DNA from: Atractiella rhizophila
Lineage: Eukaryota
Reading direction: 5' to 3'
DNA: 64,000 bases
Assembly: GCA_021432655.1 (NCBI GenBank)
Contig: MU271437.1
Location: 1 to 64,000 of the forward strand
Shown here: positions 38,140 through 51,153 of the stretch, in pieces
How positions within the stretch are numbered: the stretch's first letter is position 1
Layout: each line of letters starts with the position of its first letter
The notes under the pieces: generated by a model
Databases searched by the model: none
Seen by the model: only the letters and a program-made list of their open reading frames with translations
What the model was told of the DNA's origin: nothing
Translations under genes and position numbers: made by a program

Positions 38140-39997
38140 ACTGAACGGCCGAATAGCGTTATTGATTTACAACTAATGTCCAGAGATGCAAGAGTGAGCC
38201 GAGAGAAGTTCCACGCCATTGCATTCAGCGACAGAAAGAGCATGACTCACACCACACCATCAACCCCTGGTGGCTTTGCAAGTCCTTTCACAACCAATTC
38301 ACGCAATATTGTTTTCTTCACCTTGCTGGATCCGACAGGTCTTGCAGAGTGTTTGGGGATGGCAAGGTGCTTTTGGACATCATTTAGCTCCTCATTTTAA
38401 GGCTCTCGGCATCTGCCGGACTCAACCATGGCGTTCACAGCCAATTGGAAGAATGAAAGAGCTAAGGAACTCCCGGCTCTCCTAGTTGTAGCCTTGGAGT
38501 GTGGACTGGAAGTTGCGCTGTTTGTCTGTGCGCCCATATTCCCCCAGTGAGTGTTACTGTTATTGCATGCCGCACCTGGGCCACCTTTTCATTCTTTCAT
38601 CTTCGATTGTCGGGTTGCTGTTTATGAGGGATGAAATCCATGGCACCTGCCCATAATAGTAGATGCTGTCCTTAAGTGGCGAGACATTTGCGTCCTTAAA
38701 CTGGAACAGGAAAGCTCGCACTTTTAAGCAGCAGCGCTAACTTCGCCGCCAGTAGGGCTAGACTTGCTTTTTCAGTTATCCCACGTGGCCGGTTGCAATC
38801 CATCATGCCATCCATAATATGCTTGATCCGCGGACGGATCGGAGGGAAAAAAGGACTAGAGGGCGGCTGATCCGCGTCGCTCAGGGAACTGGTTGACAAC
38901 TTTCGACTGCGACCTTCGCCGACCAACTCCATCATGGTTGGTTCATGGTACATTTTGCAGAATTTTTACTAGAGTTGAAAAGTCGGGAGTCGAGGTGGGT
39001 GAGGGGGAAGAGAACCATAAAAGCATGGTCGTGCAGTGTGCTCAGTATGCTACATATGGCATGCACGAATGGGCGCGTTCAGAGTTGCCCTGTTATGAGA
39101 AGGAAGCTGGAACAGCTTACCAAACCTGTGCTTGGTCTGGTGTAGGAGAGTCCAAGGCGTTAGGGGTTTTGTCGACAAAAAGGTCGTTATTTCGATATCG
39201 TGTTGTAGGGTGAGTATAAATGTTCTGAGGGAGTTAGAACGGACCGTTCATGTTGTCTCCGTTAACAGTCAGTATTTTTCCGTGGATATGTACAGGAAAG
39301 GGCTTAACTGCTCCGAACTTACCATCAAGGGTTCCAGTTGCGACTACGTGTGTCGGAGTGGATTCCGGGCAGCCTCTATATGTATTTCTAGAGCAATATC
39401 GGTGCTATCTATGAAAGGCGTGAAGATGAAGACGGCGGAGGCGCACTGATCGGGGAGCTTGCGAACTGATTTCTACTTCGTTGATTGGAGGTACGTTGAG
39501 GGCAACCACAAGAGCTTGATTTATGATGAATCTGCATACATAGCTCACAGCGGCGAGTCTGATGAGCCAGCCTGATGCTGGAACAATTTAACCTGACATC
39601 TTTTCTTCATTTAAATCAGCAAAAGTAAACTAAACCCATGTCGGCGTGTGAGTCAGAGCTCAACACTTCGACGGACGGAAAAGGGTGGGACATCTGTGAC
39701 AACGAAGACGAAGTTCTCTTTGACATCTCTCAGACACTTCTACCTTGCTCTTTCGCGGGTCGAGGGTATTGATTGCCCTGCTTCAGCTCTCCACCACTGA
39801 ACAACCAACGCATTCGTATGTCCCTCCCTCTACCTTTCTCGCTGCTGACGTGGCCTTCTTAGATCTCCACTTGTTCACCTCTCTTCCCCTCGCCTGCTGG
39901 CTTGGTCAATATTTGAGCATATCAGCTGATTCGGCGATAGCCACTTCGCCTCTCCCTCCGACTCCCTTCCACTACCCACCCCGTACACAGTGTCACG

Positions 39998-41120
39998 ATG
40001 GCTGCCTACCTCCACTATCAGGAATGCAAGACGTCTTCAGTATGCACGGTGATTTGCGTAGAAGGTGCTCTCTACAAGTAGATATGTCAGTTTCCCAACT
40101 TAATGTCTAGAGAACCCTGGAGTTCATCTGTTTTCTGGTACGCACATCTGTTCTTACCACCATCCCCGCTGACCTTGCATATTCAGTACTTGTGCTGGTG
40201 CATCATCAGTTTTCCTCCTCGCTAACGGTATGTTGTCCCTCCTACCCTGTTGCCTCTTTACTCATCTTGTTCTAGCTGGTTCTGCTTTGACCAGCGCTTC
40301 CGGCATGGGCAATCATGACATCCGCCTTTCCAAGACCACTGTATGTCCTCTTGCCCTTATTCGCTAGACTGACACTTTGCTCACAAGTCGTCAGCAAGCT
40401 GCTAGGCATGAGAGCGAATACTCTCAGAGAATACTAGAGAGGTAGAGGAAGGTAAGTCCCCTCATTTTGGCTTTGGCAGCGGCTGATGATGGCGGACTAG
40501 GTCACCTGCGCTGAAAACTTTCTGAACATCTCGAGCTCCAGGGACCAGTACGCTTGCTCGACGGAGAAGCTAGGAGAAAACTCGACGGGTTTCATCCCGC
40601 AACGTATGTATTCTTCTCGATTCCGCAAAATTGCTTCCGATGAAAGATGCTTCCCTACAACACAGATCAGAACGCTCATTATTTCAAACGGAGAGCCTCT
40701 GCCACCGGTTCCCTCATTCCCACGGAGCCTCCAACGCCTGATGGTTTTCTTCATCAGCCAGGGCAGAAGTCACTCCCTTACATTGTCCAACTCCCCGATG
40801 GAGGTTGCGAATACAAGTTCCTGGACGACGCTGATTCCAATAATCGCTCTCCGCCGCCAACCCCTCCGATGCCGAAACAAAGACACGGACTGATGCCTCT
40901 TCAGAAAGAGCGGAGAGTGAAGCCCGCTCTCTCGTCGCCCTTTGCTGAAAATCTGACTCCAGCGCCAATTGTTGCGATATATCCCCCCGTCTTCCGACAC
41001 CACACATACAATCAGATTCGTAGGGAAAGATTGTTTGTAGATGATCCCGGACCTAGTGCCCAAAGGGCCAAGGCGATCGCAGCAGGAGGCTGCGCTGTGG
41101 AAGCAGGACAACAATGCTAG
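39998..41120 (+). pseudogene. Micro-exon-rich gene or relic of unknown function
   Basis: Run of about 50-nt GT..CTGAC..AG introns between 40067 and 40390. About 40392-40500 has an inverted paralogous copy at about 32200-32297. Confidence 0.35.
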
Positions 41121-42059
41121 CCTGGAAAGGTTGATGGGTACTCGGAAACGACGAAATTGCAGGAGCGGTTTGTGCGCTGGAAGTTGCGCACGGGTGGCTG
41201 ACGGCGAGCGTTTGGAGTTGGATGAAAAGCTGAAGGGAGATAAGAGCTGGAAGATGGAGGTAGGGAGATTATGGAATCAGGCGAAATGAAGGGACGCAGG
41301 GAGGAGGTCAAAGTGCTTTCGCGAGTGAAGGAGTGGATGGGGAGGTGGTTTGATAGACTTCTTGAGCAGAACAGGAGGAGGGAGAGAGTTGGGCAGAAGG
41401 AAAGAGGGAGAAAGATATTGGAGACATTCCGGTGTTAGACAGCTTGGATATGATCCCAGTGCGTTGTATGGAAGCCGTGTTCGTTTCATCTGTCTTCTCG
41501 CTCAATCTTACGGATCAAGAATTGTTGATGAATATGGGAAGTAGAAATGCAAGTTGTTTTGTTTGGCACATGAGCGGGATGTCTGAAATACAATCACAAC
41601 GATGATACCGTATCTTGTCGACGTGCCTATCAGAACAATCTGCATCGCCTCATCGACGGAGCTCTTCATCCAGTGTGTGATTGTAAGCTCATTTGAAGGC
41701 TAACTTCCAGTCAGAATGGCGTATTATCGCTTGTCGTTGCATGGGGACAAGTCTGACAGGTTTCATGACCTCGAAGAGGATGTATTTCAGTAAGGATCGG
41801 GTTTCTGCATTTCTTGAAAATCATGGCTGAAGAGCAATTCATAATTTCCTTCGATTTCTCTCTTTTACATGGAGTCGACTGTGAATCAATCATTGGCACT
41901 TCTTCACAAAGCTCGAAAGTTCTCTTTGTACAAGTCCGCATGGTTCATTTCCAGCGCTTTGCCTACGAAACTGTACCAAATGAGCGAAGTCAATGCTTGC
42001 CCAAGCACATGTTACGAGGAATATCAGGCGCGACTCACGATAGCGTCCTGAATAATTCC

Positions 42060-42440
42060 TCACCTCTTCGTCCATGCAGTCCACCGGCAGCCTGCCTTGA
42101 TCTTCTCCAAGCGATCAAGGCAGTAGGCCCTACCACATCGATCCCCCGTCATGAAATAGAACTGCTCGTTCCTCCCACATCGAAAATGGATGTCCTCCAT
42201 GGATTGGACGCAGTTTGCTCTCCCCTGTGCATTTCCCGTCGAGATATGCAGTTCCTCCGCCTCCTTGAATCGCTCCAACGCTTCCTCGTTCCTCCCGCAT
42301 CGGAAATCGATCAACCCAATGGATTGGGCACATTTTGCTCGGTTTATAATGGTTGCAGGATCATTGTTGCATCCTTGTATGGCTACGGAAGTGGGTGTCA
42401 GACAGAGCAGCTTTATGTATAGAAGGGAATTGAATAACAT
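42060..42440 (-). pseudogene. TPR-repeat fragment of the type found at the C-terminus of fungal NLRs
   Basis: 40-aa (120-bp) repeat: AKCAQSIGLIDFRCGRNEEALERFKEAEELH..GNAQGRANCVQSMEDIHFRCGRNE..GRAYCLDRL. Confidence 0.65.
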
Positions 42441-42899
42441 ACTTTAAAAACATCGGCAATAATATTCACTTGCTTCCACTCCAGTTCACTAAGAGCATAA
42501 ACACCGAATGTAGTGCAGTATTTTACACAGAACCTCTGCAGTGCCTATTGTTGCCAGCAATCAGTAAGAAATGAGCTCAGTTGACAAAGAAGACTGCCTA
42601 CATGTCGGATGGGATATGCTCTCGGTGCTCTGAATTCCATCGTGTATCATTAGCTTGGAGGAAGGAGATTGCGCTGGGTGTGACCAGGGGATAGGTTTCT
42701 CGTGATACCTTTCTGAAAGCACGCATCCGTTCACCAGAAGCACGAATCATCAGACAAAGGAGTGTGGCCTATATGCTCAACATTTGCTCACTAGTGGCAG
42801 TCAATTTATGACGAGTGCATACCTTGTCTCTTGCCGAGTTATCTGCGTTTCCAGGTACCAATCCCTGTGCCATTGCTGTGTCACGCGCCGTTGCATCTA

Positions 42900-44070
42900 C
42901 GCCGTCCGCCTCATCCATTTCCACATCCAAGCTGCAGACAGATACGCTGTCATCATCTTCGAACTCTACCTCATCCGAATTCCATCATGTCCAGTAGACC
43001 GGATGCATTGGACATGTCACAAGTATCGGGATGGGGTCCTACACCCAAAGCATGCAAAATCGCCTTTGCTACAAGGTTGATAGCATGGAGGGTACATCTA
43101 GCATGGGAGTCCGGAGCTTGCCACAGACGGCCACAAGACAAAAGGTTGGCTTCAAGGAAGGGAAGGGCGGCAAGTCCATTGGAAGCATGGTCTGATCCAA
43201 TGTTTCCTGTACAGAGTACCGCTATTAGAATCAAACAACAGAGAAACAAAAAGAGTGTGCGCGCCAAATTTCTGCACCAAATTCTTGTCCGCAATTGTCT
43301 TCGAGATCTTGCGTGCAAGGACAGGAGCTGTTGATAATCCGCTCAGAATTGAGCTTCGAAGAACTCTTTCTTGCTTCACCCAATCAGTGTCGATGTAGTG
43401 AGAGATAATGGCACAGGTATGGTGGAGGCTCCCAAAGCTGCTCCAGCCATCATGTTCAATGTGGACCATGCTTGTGTGCATCTATGCACTAGGATCAGTT
43501 TTGCTAAAACACTGAAATAGGATGGAAGCTTTGCATCAAGCTCGCCCTGTATAACCAGTCGAAGTGCATCGTACAAGCGGCCAGCCCACTTGCTTGCTGT
43601 TGTTGCTCCGTAAAGTGTGCCTCCTAGCCTCAAAAGCCCCAAGACATCCTTCAATCCCTGTTCTTCAACAATGCTTACAGCATGATCATAGCGGACAATC
43701 CATTCCACCGACTTCCGGAAGACCTCATCAAGCTCAGCAGGACTGAGCATCTTGGACAAAGCGAAGGAGGGATTTTCTTCCGTCGTACAAGGACTTTGGC
43801 TGGTTGAGGAGATAGTGTGATGCCCTTTGAGCCAGCGAGATCATGGTGGGGACATTGATGGAGGTGGCTATTCAGGTTCGAATAGTTGTTACTGTGGATG
43901 TTCCGCTCTGCGCTACCGGTGCATTGTCAGACATCACTCAAAAAGAGACGATTGATATAAAGCATACCTGCAAAGCAGGCATGTGTACCTACACTTGTTG
44001 TCCTTTGTTCCACGTGGATAGGCAGGCGTCAAAGGATCATGCTACATACCATACTTTCAGTACTGACTAA
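42900..44070 (-). mobile_element. hAT transposase relic (third, more divergent)
   Basis: SIVEEQGL, HDGWSS, HYIDTDW and CTLHAINLVAKAIL, with frameshifts. Confidence 0.75.
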
Positions 44071-44959
44071 AGGTAAATGGACCGGTTAAAACACACCTTG
44101 TAGTAATTGAAGACAGCTGGATTCCCCTCCCCTCATGATCCATCCTTGCACTCTCTTCTGCTTCCTTTCCTCATCACTCTCCTCTGTCTCCGGTCCCATT
44201 GCATTGAGCTGCAGATGCAGGCTCCGGCCGAGGGGGGCGCAACTCAACGGGGCTTACTCTTGGTCTTCCTTGCGATATGTAGTGGGGACTGGGCCCATCA
44301 CAGCATTTCTTCTTCTTCACCTTGGAACTCCCAATTTTACCTCTTCTTAGCTGTTCAAGGTTTCTGTTCCCACTCTGTACCCGAATTGTATACACTTCCG
44401 TCTCACCACAATCGTAACCATCCCCTTTACCACGTTTTGCCTCCGGAGGAGATAGTGTCAAAGTCGAAGGCCATCATAAGGGCTTTTAGGTGCGACCATA
44501 CTGTGTTGAACATTCTGCATCCTGTCCGATCTGCAAAGACAAGCAACGCAGGGCCCAGTCAGTAGTGTGGTGGGGGACCAGGTGTGAATACTGTGCTGTT
44601 GCACTTTTTCCGCCCTCCCTCAACCTCGGCCCTTTTTCTTTCTTTTATCCCCTTTGAGCCTTTGCCTCCTCCCAATCCATTCAAACACACATTTCGTCTC
44701 CAATATTTCGATGAGGATACCAGATGCGAAGAGAAGACAAAATATGGAAGATGTGACCGTTGCTATGACGAGATGGAAGACGCAGTGAGCAGTGTCGTCC
44801 CACACTGTGGCCGATCAGTTTGAAGTACTCCCATACTGACCTGTCCTCAAACTCCCTCATCTTGCCTTCCATCTTGAGAACATGCTGGAGGTCCTCTGCT
44901 CAAGTCTCTGTAATCACCGTCAGTGAAAACTGATGATGTGGACTACTGGGTCTTGCTAA

Positions 44960-45288
44960 AGCTGCAGGGCAAGAGAGGGCTTTTCGAAGAATTAGGAGCA
45001 CTTGAAAGCGTTCACAGCGTCTCGCCAGGAGAAGACATACCCTCCACGACAGTCTTCGAAGACAATCAAGCGGCAATCAAGATCTCAACCAACGGAGTCC
45101 ACCATGCACAAAGCAAGCCATTTCTGCTTCGCTACCACATGGTTAGAGACAACGTCCAGAAAGGCAATATCATTCTACGGTATGTGCCAACGCGACATCA
45201 GATTGCAGACGCTCTCACAAAACCACTTGCCAAGGACTCCTTTCACCAATGCGTACGCGATATTGGAACTCACATCATTTTCACCTAA
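44960..45288 (+). mobile_element. Ty1/copia RNase H fragment
   Basis: FEDNQAAI...HAQSK...RYHMVRD...YVPT.HQIADALTKPL. Confidence 0.9.
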
Positions 45289-45484
45289 TTGACACTCTGT
45301 TCTTTTCATTCGTGTGTGCTCTCACTTCTTCGGTTCAGTCTTCACAATAGTTGTGTAACAGAGCATTTCTTTTTTTTCATATTCACATCTGTTTGAACAC
45401 ACACACCTTTACATCACAACCCATCCCACATTCCTGTTCTCCATTGCAACTTCTCCCAATTTCTTGTAGCGTACGGAGTGGGAG

Positions 45485-45646
45485 TGTTGAAGGGGGGTTA
45501 TTTTTCTCTTTTTGTTTTGGTTTCTCGTTCATCTTACGCATTCCGCGTCTGACTGTTCCGTCCGCTACTGTAGTTTAGTCTCGTTCACATTACCTGAGCT
45601 TCATCTTTTCCTCTTCCTGTCTTTCTGATGAACCTCAGGTTCAACA
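45485..45646 (+). mobile_element. Short (162-bp) 3' LTR of the copia element, preceded by a PPT
   Basis: GGAGTGGGAG precedes TGTTGAA...TTCAACA terminal inverted repeats. Confidence 0.75.
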
Positions 45647-45860
45647 CCCCCTCGTATCGCCGCAGACGACATCGTAGGCATTCTCATTGTCTGTCACTGG
45701 AATGATTTGGCCGTCATGGTTGGAGCTGCTGGCCAGCCGCTTTGGGGTCGGCTTTATTAGTGAGGGATTGGCGGAGTTGCTAGTACGTGGGGTAGTAGCT
45801 TCAGGTTGGGGAGTAAGGGGGGCAGGTCGGAGTTGATATCGTAGCAGACTCGTCGCCCAA

Positions 45861-45999
45861 GGGGTCGGAGTTGGTCGGCGATAAAACTGGTCTATCAGTT
45901 TTGACCTGCAAATTTTCTTAAAATTGAAGCGCAAAACCATTTTTCGCTTGCGGCCGCCGGCCGCTTGCGCAAACCCCCGGGGGCGACCAGTTTGCCACC
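45861..45999 (-). repeat. ~140-bp inverted repeat arm (GGCAAACTGGTCGCCCCC family)
   Basis: Its reverse complement matches 47509-47660. The same terminal motif occurs at 54804, about 5826 and about 30987. Confidence 0.8.
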
Positions 46000-46389
46000 T
46001 CTCTCCTCTCCAACTTCGTCCGTAGAAAAAGCTTAAATGAGAATTATCAAGTTACTGGGGTCTCTTGGACTTCACACTGTTCATGTGTCTGGCCTGGCTC
46101 AAATTCGACCCGAAGACTTGTGACAAAATTTATCTTATCAAACCAGTTGGTGGCATTGCTGTCTTTTGTGCGTCCCCATTCGTGTTTCAAGAGAATCCCT
46201 GACGCATTGTAACCGCAGTGAGTTCCGAGTTCCTGGTTGCTGCAAGGGTATGGGCAATATGGGCGCGTCGACGATGGATCCCTTGGTTCTTTGGTATATT
46301 TGCAGCAACCGGTTCCGCACTTGAGATCTGGCACTGGTTCCGAACAAGCCACTGCATTTGTATGTTTTTTAATTCGGAAGAGAGAGGCT

Positions 46390-47160
46390 GACAGATTTGA
46401 AAGGCCCGATGGGTTGAGAGGGTGCTTCTCTATCGGAGGAGGTCAGAGGTAATTTGTTGTCACGTCAGTCTGGCATGAACGAAGCTGATGGTCGACTTGA
46501 CAAAGCTACCTCAGGGTTTTTTGGTCCGTGCCAGCGACGAGTTGTGAATTCCATGGTTGCTGATATCATGGCAGTACAGGATGCCGATTCTCCTCTATGA
46601 TACGACAGCAACCATATTTATGATCATGTCCGTCACCGTCACTTAATTCCCCCCTTTGACATATTGCTAAGTCGTCAGTAGACCACTCATCAATCACTGG
46701 CGCAACGGCCCTCGTACACATCTGGTTTCAGTCTTCTTCCGCCATGGCATCCTCTACTTCATCGTCGTAACCGTTTGCAACCTGATCAATGCGATTTACT
46801 TCAGGTTTATATTTTACCTTTTCGCTACCGTTCATGCAGCTGACCAAACCACAAAACAGCATCCCTAATACATCCAACCCACTGCTCAATGCATATCTTG
46901 CCCTAGCTTTCACGCAGATTATGACTTCTCGTCTTGTTCTCCACCTTCGATCTGCTTCTCACTCCAACCCCCAGGAGGGAGGCAGCACTGCTCAAAGTGG
47001 ATCCCACAGACGTAGTAACTTTCCCCCAAAGTTTGGGATTCCTAACAAAAGCGATGTACCTGAAGAAGTGGAAAGGCATCCCCAGAGAGGGGGGGGACTC
47101 GTGGAGGAGGGGTTCCCGGTTGATTATGCAAATGTCGTGATCACCGTTGAATCCGTGTAA
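46390..47160 (+). pseudogene. 5'-truncated DUF6533-like multi-TM membrane protein gene fragment
   Basis: RHGILYFIVVTVCNLINAIYF | ...LNAYLALAFTQIMTSRLVLHLRSA. It is a paralogue of 61609-63076. Confidence 0.65.
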
Positions 47161-47508
47161 ATGGGCGATATCGAGAAGAGGTCCGTCTATTGCTCATCGT
47201 TACATGTTGAGTCAAGATCATGATGGCAAGACAGGGTTGCAGCTGTGAAGGGTGCCCATGCTGATGACCATGAGACTGCAGTTTGCCAGGACATCTGTTG
47301 CGGGGGAAATGAGCAAACTTGCTTTGGGTTTGAGGCTTGTAGGTGTTATACCGTGTTATTTGATAATTACTCATCTGTCATTCCCTGCAGTGATTTGTAT
47401 CTGGACAACAGTATAATTTAGCTATACCACTTATTCTAAACCGACATCTCGCTCGATAGGATGAATTTAGGTTGACATGGATGTACTATTGTTGCGAATA
47501 CTAAATGC

Positions 47509-47660
47509 GGCAAACTGGTCGCCCCCAGGGGTTTGCTTAAGCGGCTGGAGACCGCGAGCGAAAAATGGTTTTGCGCATAAATTTTGAGAAAATTTGCAGC
47601 CAAAAAGCTGTCAAAACTGGTCGGTCGGACAAGTTTCATCGCCGACTAACTCCGAACCCA
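47509..47660 (+). repeat. Inverted repeat arm partnering 45861-45999
   Basis: Direct sequence comparison. Confidence 0.8.
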
Positions 47661-47699
47661 GTGTTCTGCTACCAGTTTTAACCCCAGCGGTCTCCAATC

Positions 47700-49036
47700 T
47701 GCTAACAACTCCACCGACCTCATCATGCCGTGGGTCGCATTCATCTCCTGTGACGACAATATCACCTCCTTTGATCCAACCACTCCGAACAATACAAACT
47801 TGAACATCGTCACCCTCGCGAAGCGAAAAGGCGCAACAGCTGTTGTCCTCTACAGCTCGCAGAACGAGACTCGCATCGTCAATCCCAATTATCTCGCGGG
47901 TTTCGACCAGACCCAAGATAGCATTATGGTGGTGGGAGTTGTCAGAGTTTGGCACCGTTTTAAGCTGCATTCATGCCACTGTCATTTGTGGCTCTAGTTT
48001 TCTTTCCCCTTTGCCGTTTCCCTCATTTTGCCTATAAAAAGCCCATTGTAACTTCATTGTAATTCATTCCTTTCGACCCTTGGAATCAACAGGAGTGATG
48101 ACGGATTTGAAGAATACAAGATTGGTGGAAGGACAGTTCGCGTACGTTTGCGTCCTCTACTGACGAGGCCTCCCTGTCGGCTGCTTCTGCCAGCCGCTTC
48201 CCCAACTGCCAGCTCTCTGACGAAGAAGCTGACAACTCTCAACATGTTGCCGAACCATCGCTTTGTCGGCAAGTTTCTCCATCCAATGCCAGCAGGCCCC
48301 CTCTTCCTCCTCTGCGTGCTTGCCTCCATGAACTCCGCCCTGGCACAGGGGAATGGGACGGATAATACCATTCCGAACCAGGGAAACGATGGGAACAAAT
48401 GCGGACCGAATACCTCTTTGGCCATGATCATCCTCTATGCGATCACGGGTTGTGTCACTTTCATGTTGTGTCACTTTCATGTTCATCATCGTCGTCATGT
48501 TTGGCGTCATTCATGCCATCAGACATCCTGATCGCTATGGTCCCAGGGGGGCAGGTGCGGCTGGAGGGAGAGATGGCCAAACCGTAGCTAGGGCGTTGAC
48601 GAGGGCTATTCTGGATACTTTCCCCGTCGTCAAGTTCGGACGGACGAGTGAGGATGGAGGTACGAGGAGGGATGCGGAGTCTTCAATCGGAGAAGTCGCG
48701 GAACAGGCGAAGAAGTCAGTCACAACCATGGAATTGGCGGATTTGAAGAAGGCAGATGGGGTTAATGGAGAGATGGCGGATGGAACGAAGAAGGGGGGAG
48801 GGAAGTCGGAGAGGGCGTCAGAGTCCATTGAGCCTGAGGTCACGGCTGTTGATGTCCATCATCTCGATGTACAACATCTCTCTTCTGAACCCGAAATCGA
48901 AGTCGCCTTCACCGCCACCGATGCTGCCGCCTCGGAGGACTCGAAAGGGAAGCGCAGATCGATGTCTCCTCCGCCAACCACAGCAGCAGTGACGACGACA
49001 GGCCCAGCGACAGATCATCGTAAAAAGCTTTACTGA
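47700..49036 (+). pseudogene. PA-domain/TM (PA-TM-RING-type) E3 ligase relic; RING domain missing
   Basis: PWVAFISCD...LAKRKGATAVVLYS, then TSLAMIILYAITGCV...AIRHPDRYGPR...ARALTRAILDTFPVVKF. A tandem duplication of about 16 bp (TTGTGTCACTTTCATG) at about 48450-48482 frameshifts it. Confidence 0.7.
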
Positions 49037-50310
49037 CTGACCAACATTGATCAGGCCATCGGCGCCGTCAGGGCTCGGCTAAGTGACCGTGAGTGACCAG
49101 CTAGTCAATACCCCGAGATTGTGTGATCAGAAGCGCATCAGAAACTCTAGGCGGCTCGATCAGGCACATTTCAAGTAGTGCTCAGGGAACAAGGAGTTGT
49201 GGTCAGCAGCACGTCAGTAATCATATGCAATTGTATCAGCTTAGTCTCAGTCAGTGAGCAGATAGTAGGGAGTTGTGATTGGAAGTGTATCAAGAAATGA
49301 CCAAAGCTGTATCAAGTCCGATTCAGCTGGTGATCAGGTCGGCGGGAGCAGCGGAGGGATGTTTGTCAGGTTGGCTTGTGCTGGATGAGTGCCTTCTTGT
49401 TCGAGTGCAAGTCGACCGATAGTAATGGATTGCAGCATGCGTACATACACTCCATTTCCCTCCATCTAAAACACTCCCAAACCCACACAGCTCGTGAACC
49501 CTGCCTCTTACATTATCACGATCCGTCTCTCCGCTTTCTATACTCGTGGCACATCTCACGGTGGGCATCGACGATTAAACATCGGTCGCAGGGGGTGTGC
49601 TGTGATAGGAGGGAGCGGTGCATAGAGATGCTAGCCTGGATGCTGGCGGGGACCGGGTGGAGAGCAGGCGGGCATGAAAACAGGGACAGGAACAAAAGTG
49701 AGTGAGTTAAAAGACAGAGAGACGAGTAGGAAGGGGAAGAGGGAAGGAACATACCGCTGTCAGATTTCCTGCAGTCCACCGCAACCCTCCCCACATTTCT
49801 CAGAAGCGAAGTGATGAGAAGGAAGACAAGTCAGGGACACATGCATGTTTGTCTCAATTTGCCGTGTAAATATGAATGCCGCGGCAGCAGAAGGCGACAG
49901 GCATTCCGGAGCGGATGACAATGTGTTTCTTCCAAAACAAGACGGCTGAGCAAAATGACTTGCCATGTCGCTGCATTCATGTTCAAACCTCCACAATGCT
50001 CATATTCTCGACAAATTGTGATTCAAAATGACAAAGACATGCAGTAGCAAGAGTGCTCCTGAAGCTTACTGCGTCACTTTCCGCTCAAAATAAGCAGGGA
50101 GCGCTTGAAATCTGACGTGACACTCCGTAGCTTTTCAAATTCAGAGTTCATTAACATTCCTCTCCTCTCAGAAGAGTTTGCTTCATCCAAACACAGACGA
50201 CAAAAGCACTCACTTGCTCAGTTCAAGTCTCAAACACCGCCTAATTTTATATCCTCTAACCACCTATTTCATTATTCAAAGTCAATACAGCGTGAGACTG
50301 TGAGATGCAG

Positions 50311-50337
50311 CAGAGAGAGAGAGAGAGAGAGAGAGAG
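50311..50337. repeat. (AG)n microsatellite
   Basis: Directly visible. Confidence 0.95.
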
Positions 50338-51153
50338 TAAATGTTGGCGGTTTGCTGCTTGGTTTTGTCTTCCTTTTGCCACCGGCGGCCGGATTTCGAA
50401 CTTTGGTGTTTTCGCCAACTTCAAATCCATAACCTGTTTGCCATCGTTCACTGATTTTCTTTGCTCGCTAGGGTCGCCGTTGAAACAAGGGAGGGATGGG
50501 TGCGATAAAGAGGTCCACCTTCATTGGGGACAATAACTTTGGCCAGCTCTTGCAGTTCAAGTTGCGGTCTGATGTTGCAAAAGTTGGCAAAGAACCCACA
50601 AGAGGCTACTTCCCCTTCGAGTCCGTCGCCAGTTCGAGCACAATGCTAAGAGCAATGGCTCCTCATACTGCATTGCCGAAATGACAGAGCTTACAGTATC
50701 ATTTCATTGTCGTATGCATTTGTAATGTTACTGACTTCTGTTTTGCATTGAGAACAGTCTCCTCGCTCTCCGTCATTCCCTCTCCAGCCATCCTGTTTCC
50801 CTATCCGTCTCTCCATCCTCAGTACATTTGTCAATGGCACGATGCACTCCTGCCACTCAACTAATGATCATTAAATTCAACAACGGCTGATGCGAAACAG
50901 AACCAGATGAGGTACTTCGGCTGAGGGAGGGAGGGCGGTAGTAAGAATATGTTGGTGCGTTATAGCATTGTACTCATGGCTAGTGTAGCGGGACATAGAA
51001 CCATTACTGTAATCAACTCTTTCATCCCCATGTTGCCCCCTTCCTTTGAGATATGAGCTATCTTTCATTCACAAAATTGAATAATATTAACATAAAAATA
51101 GACAAGAATATGCTATCTACAATACTTTTGCTATGTGCTTGTAAGAGATGTTT

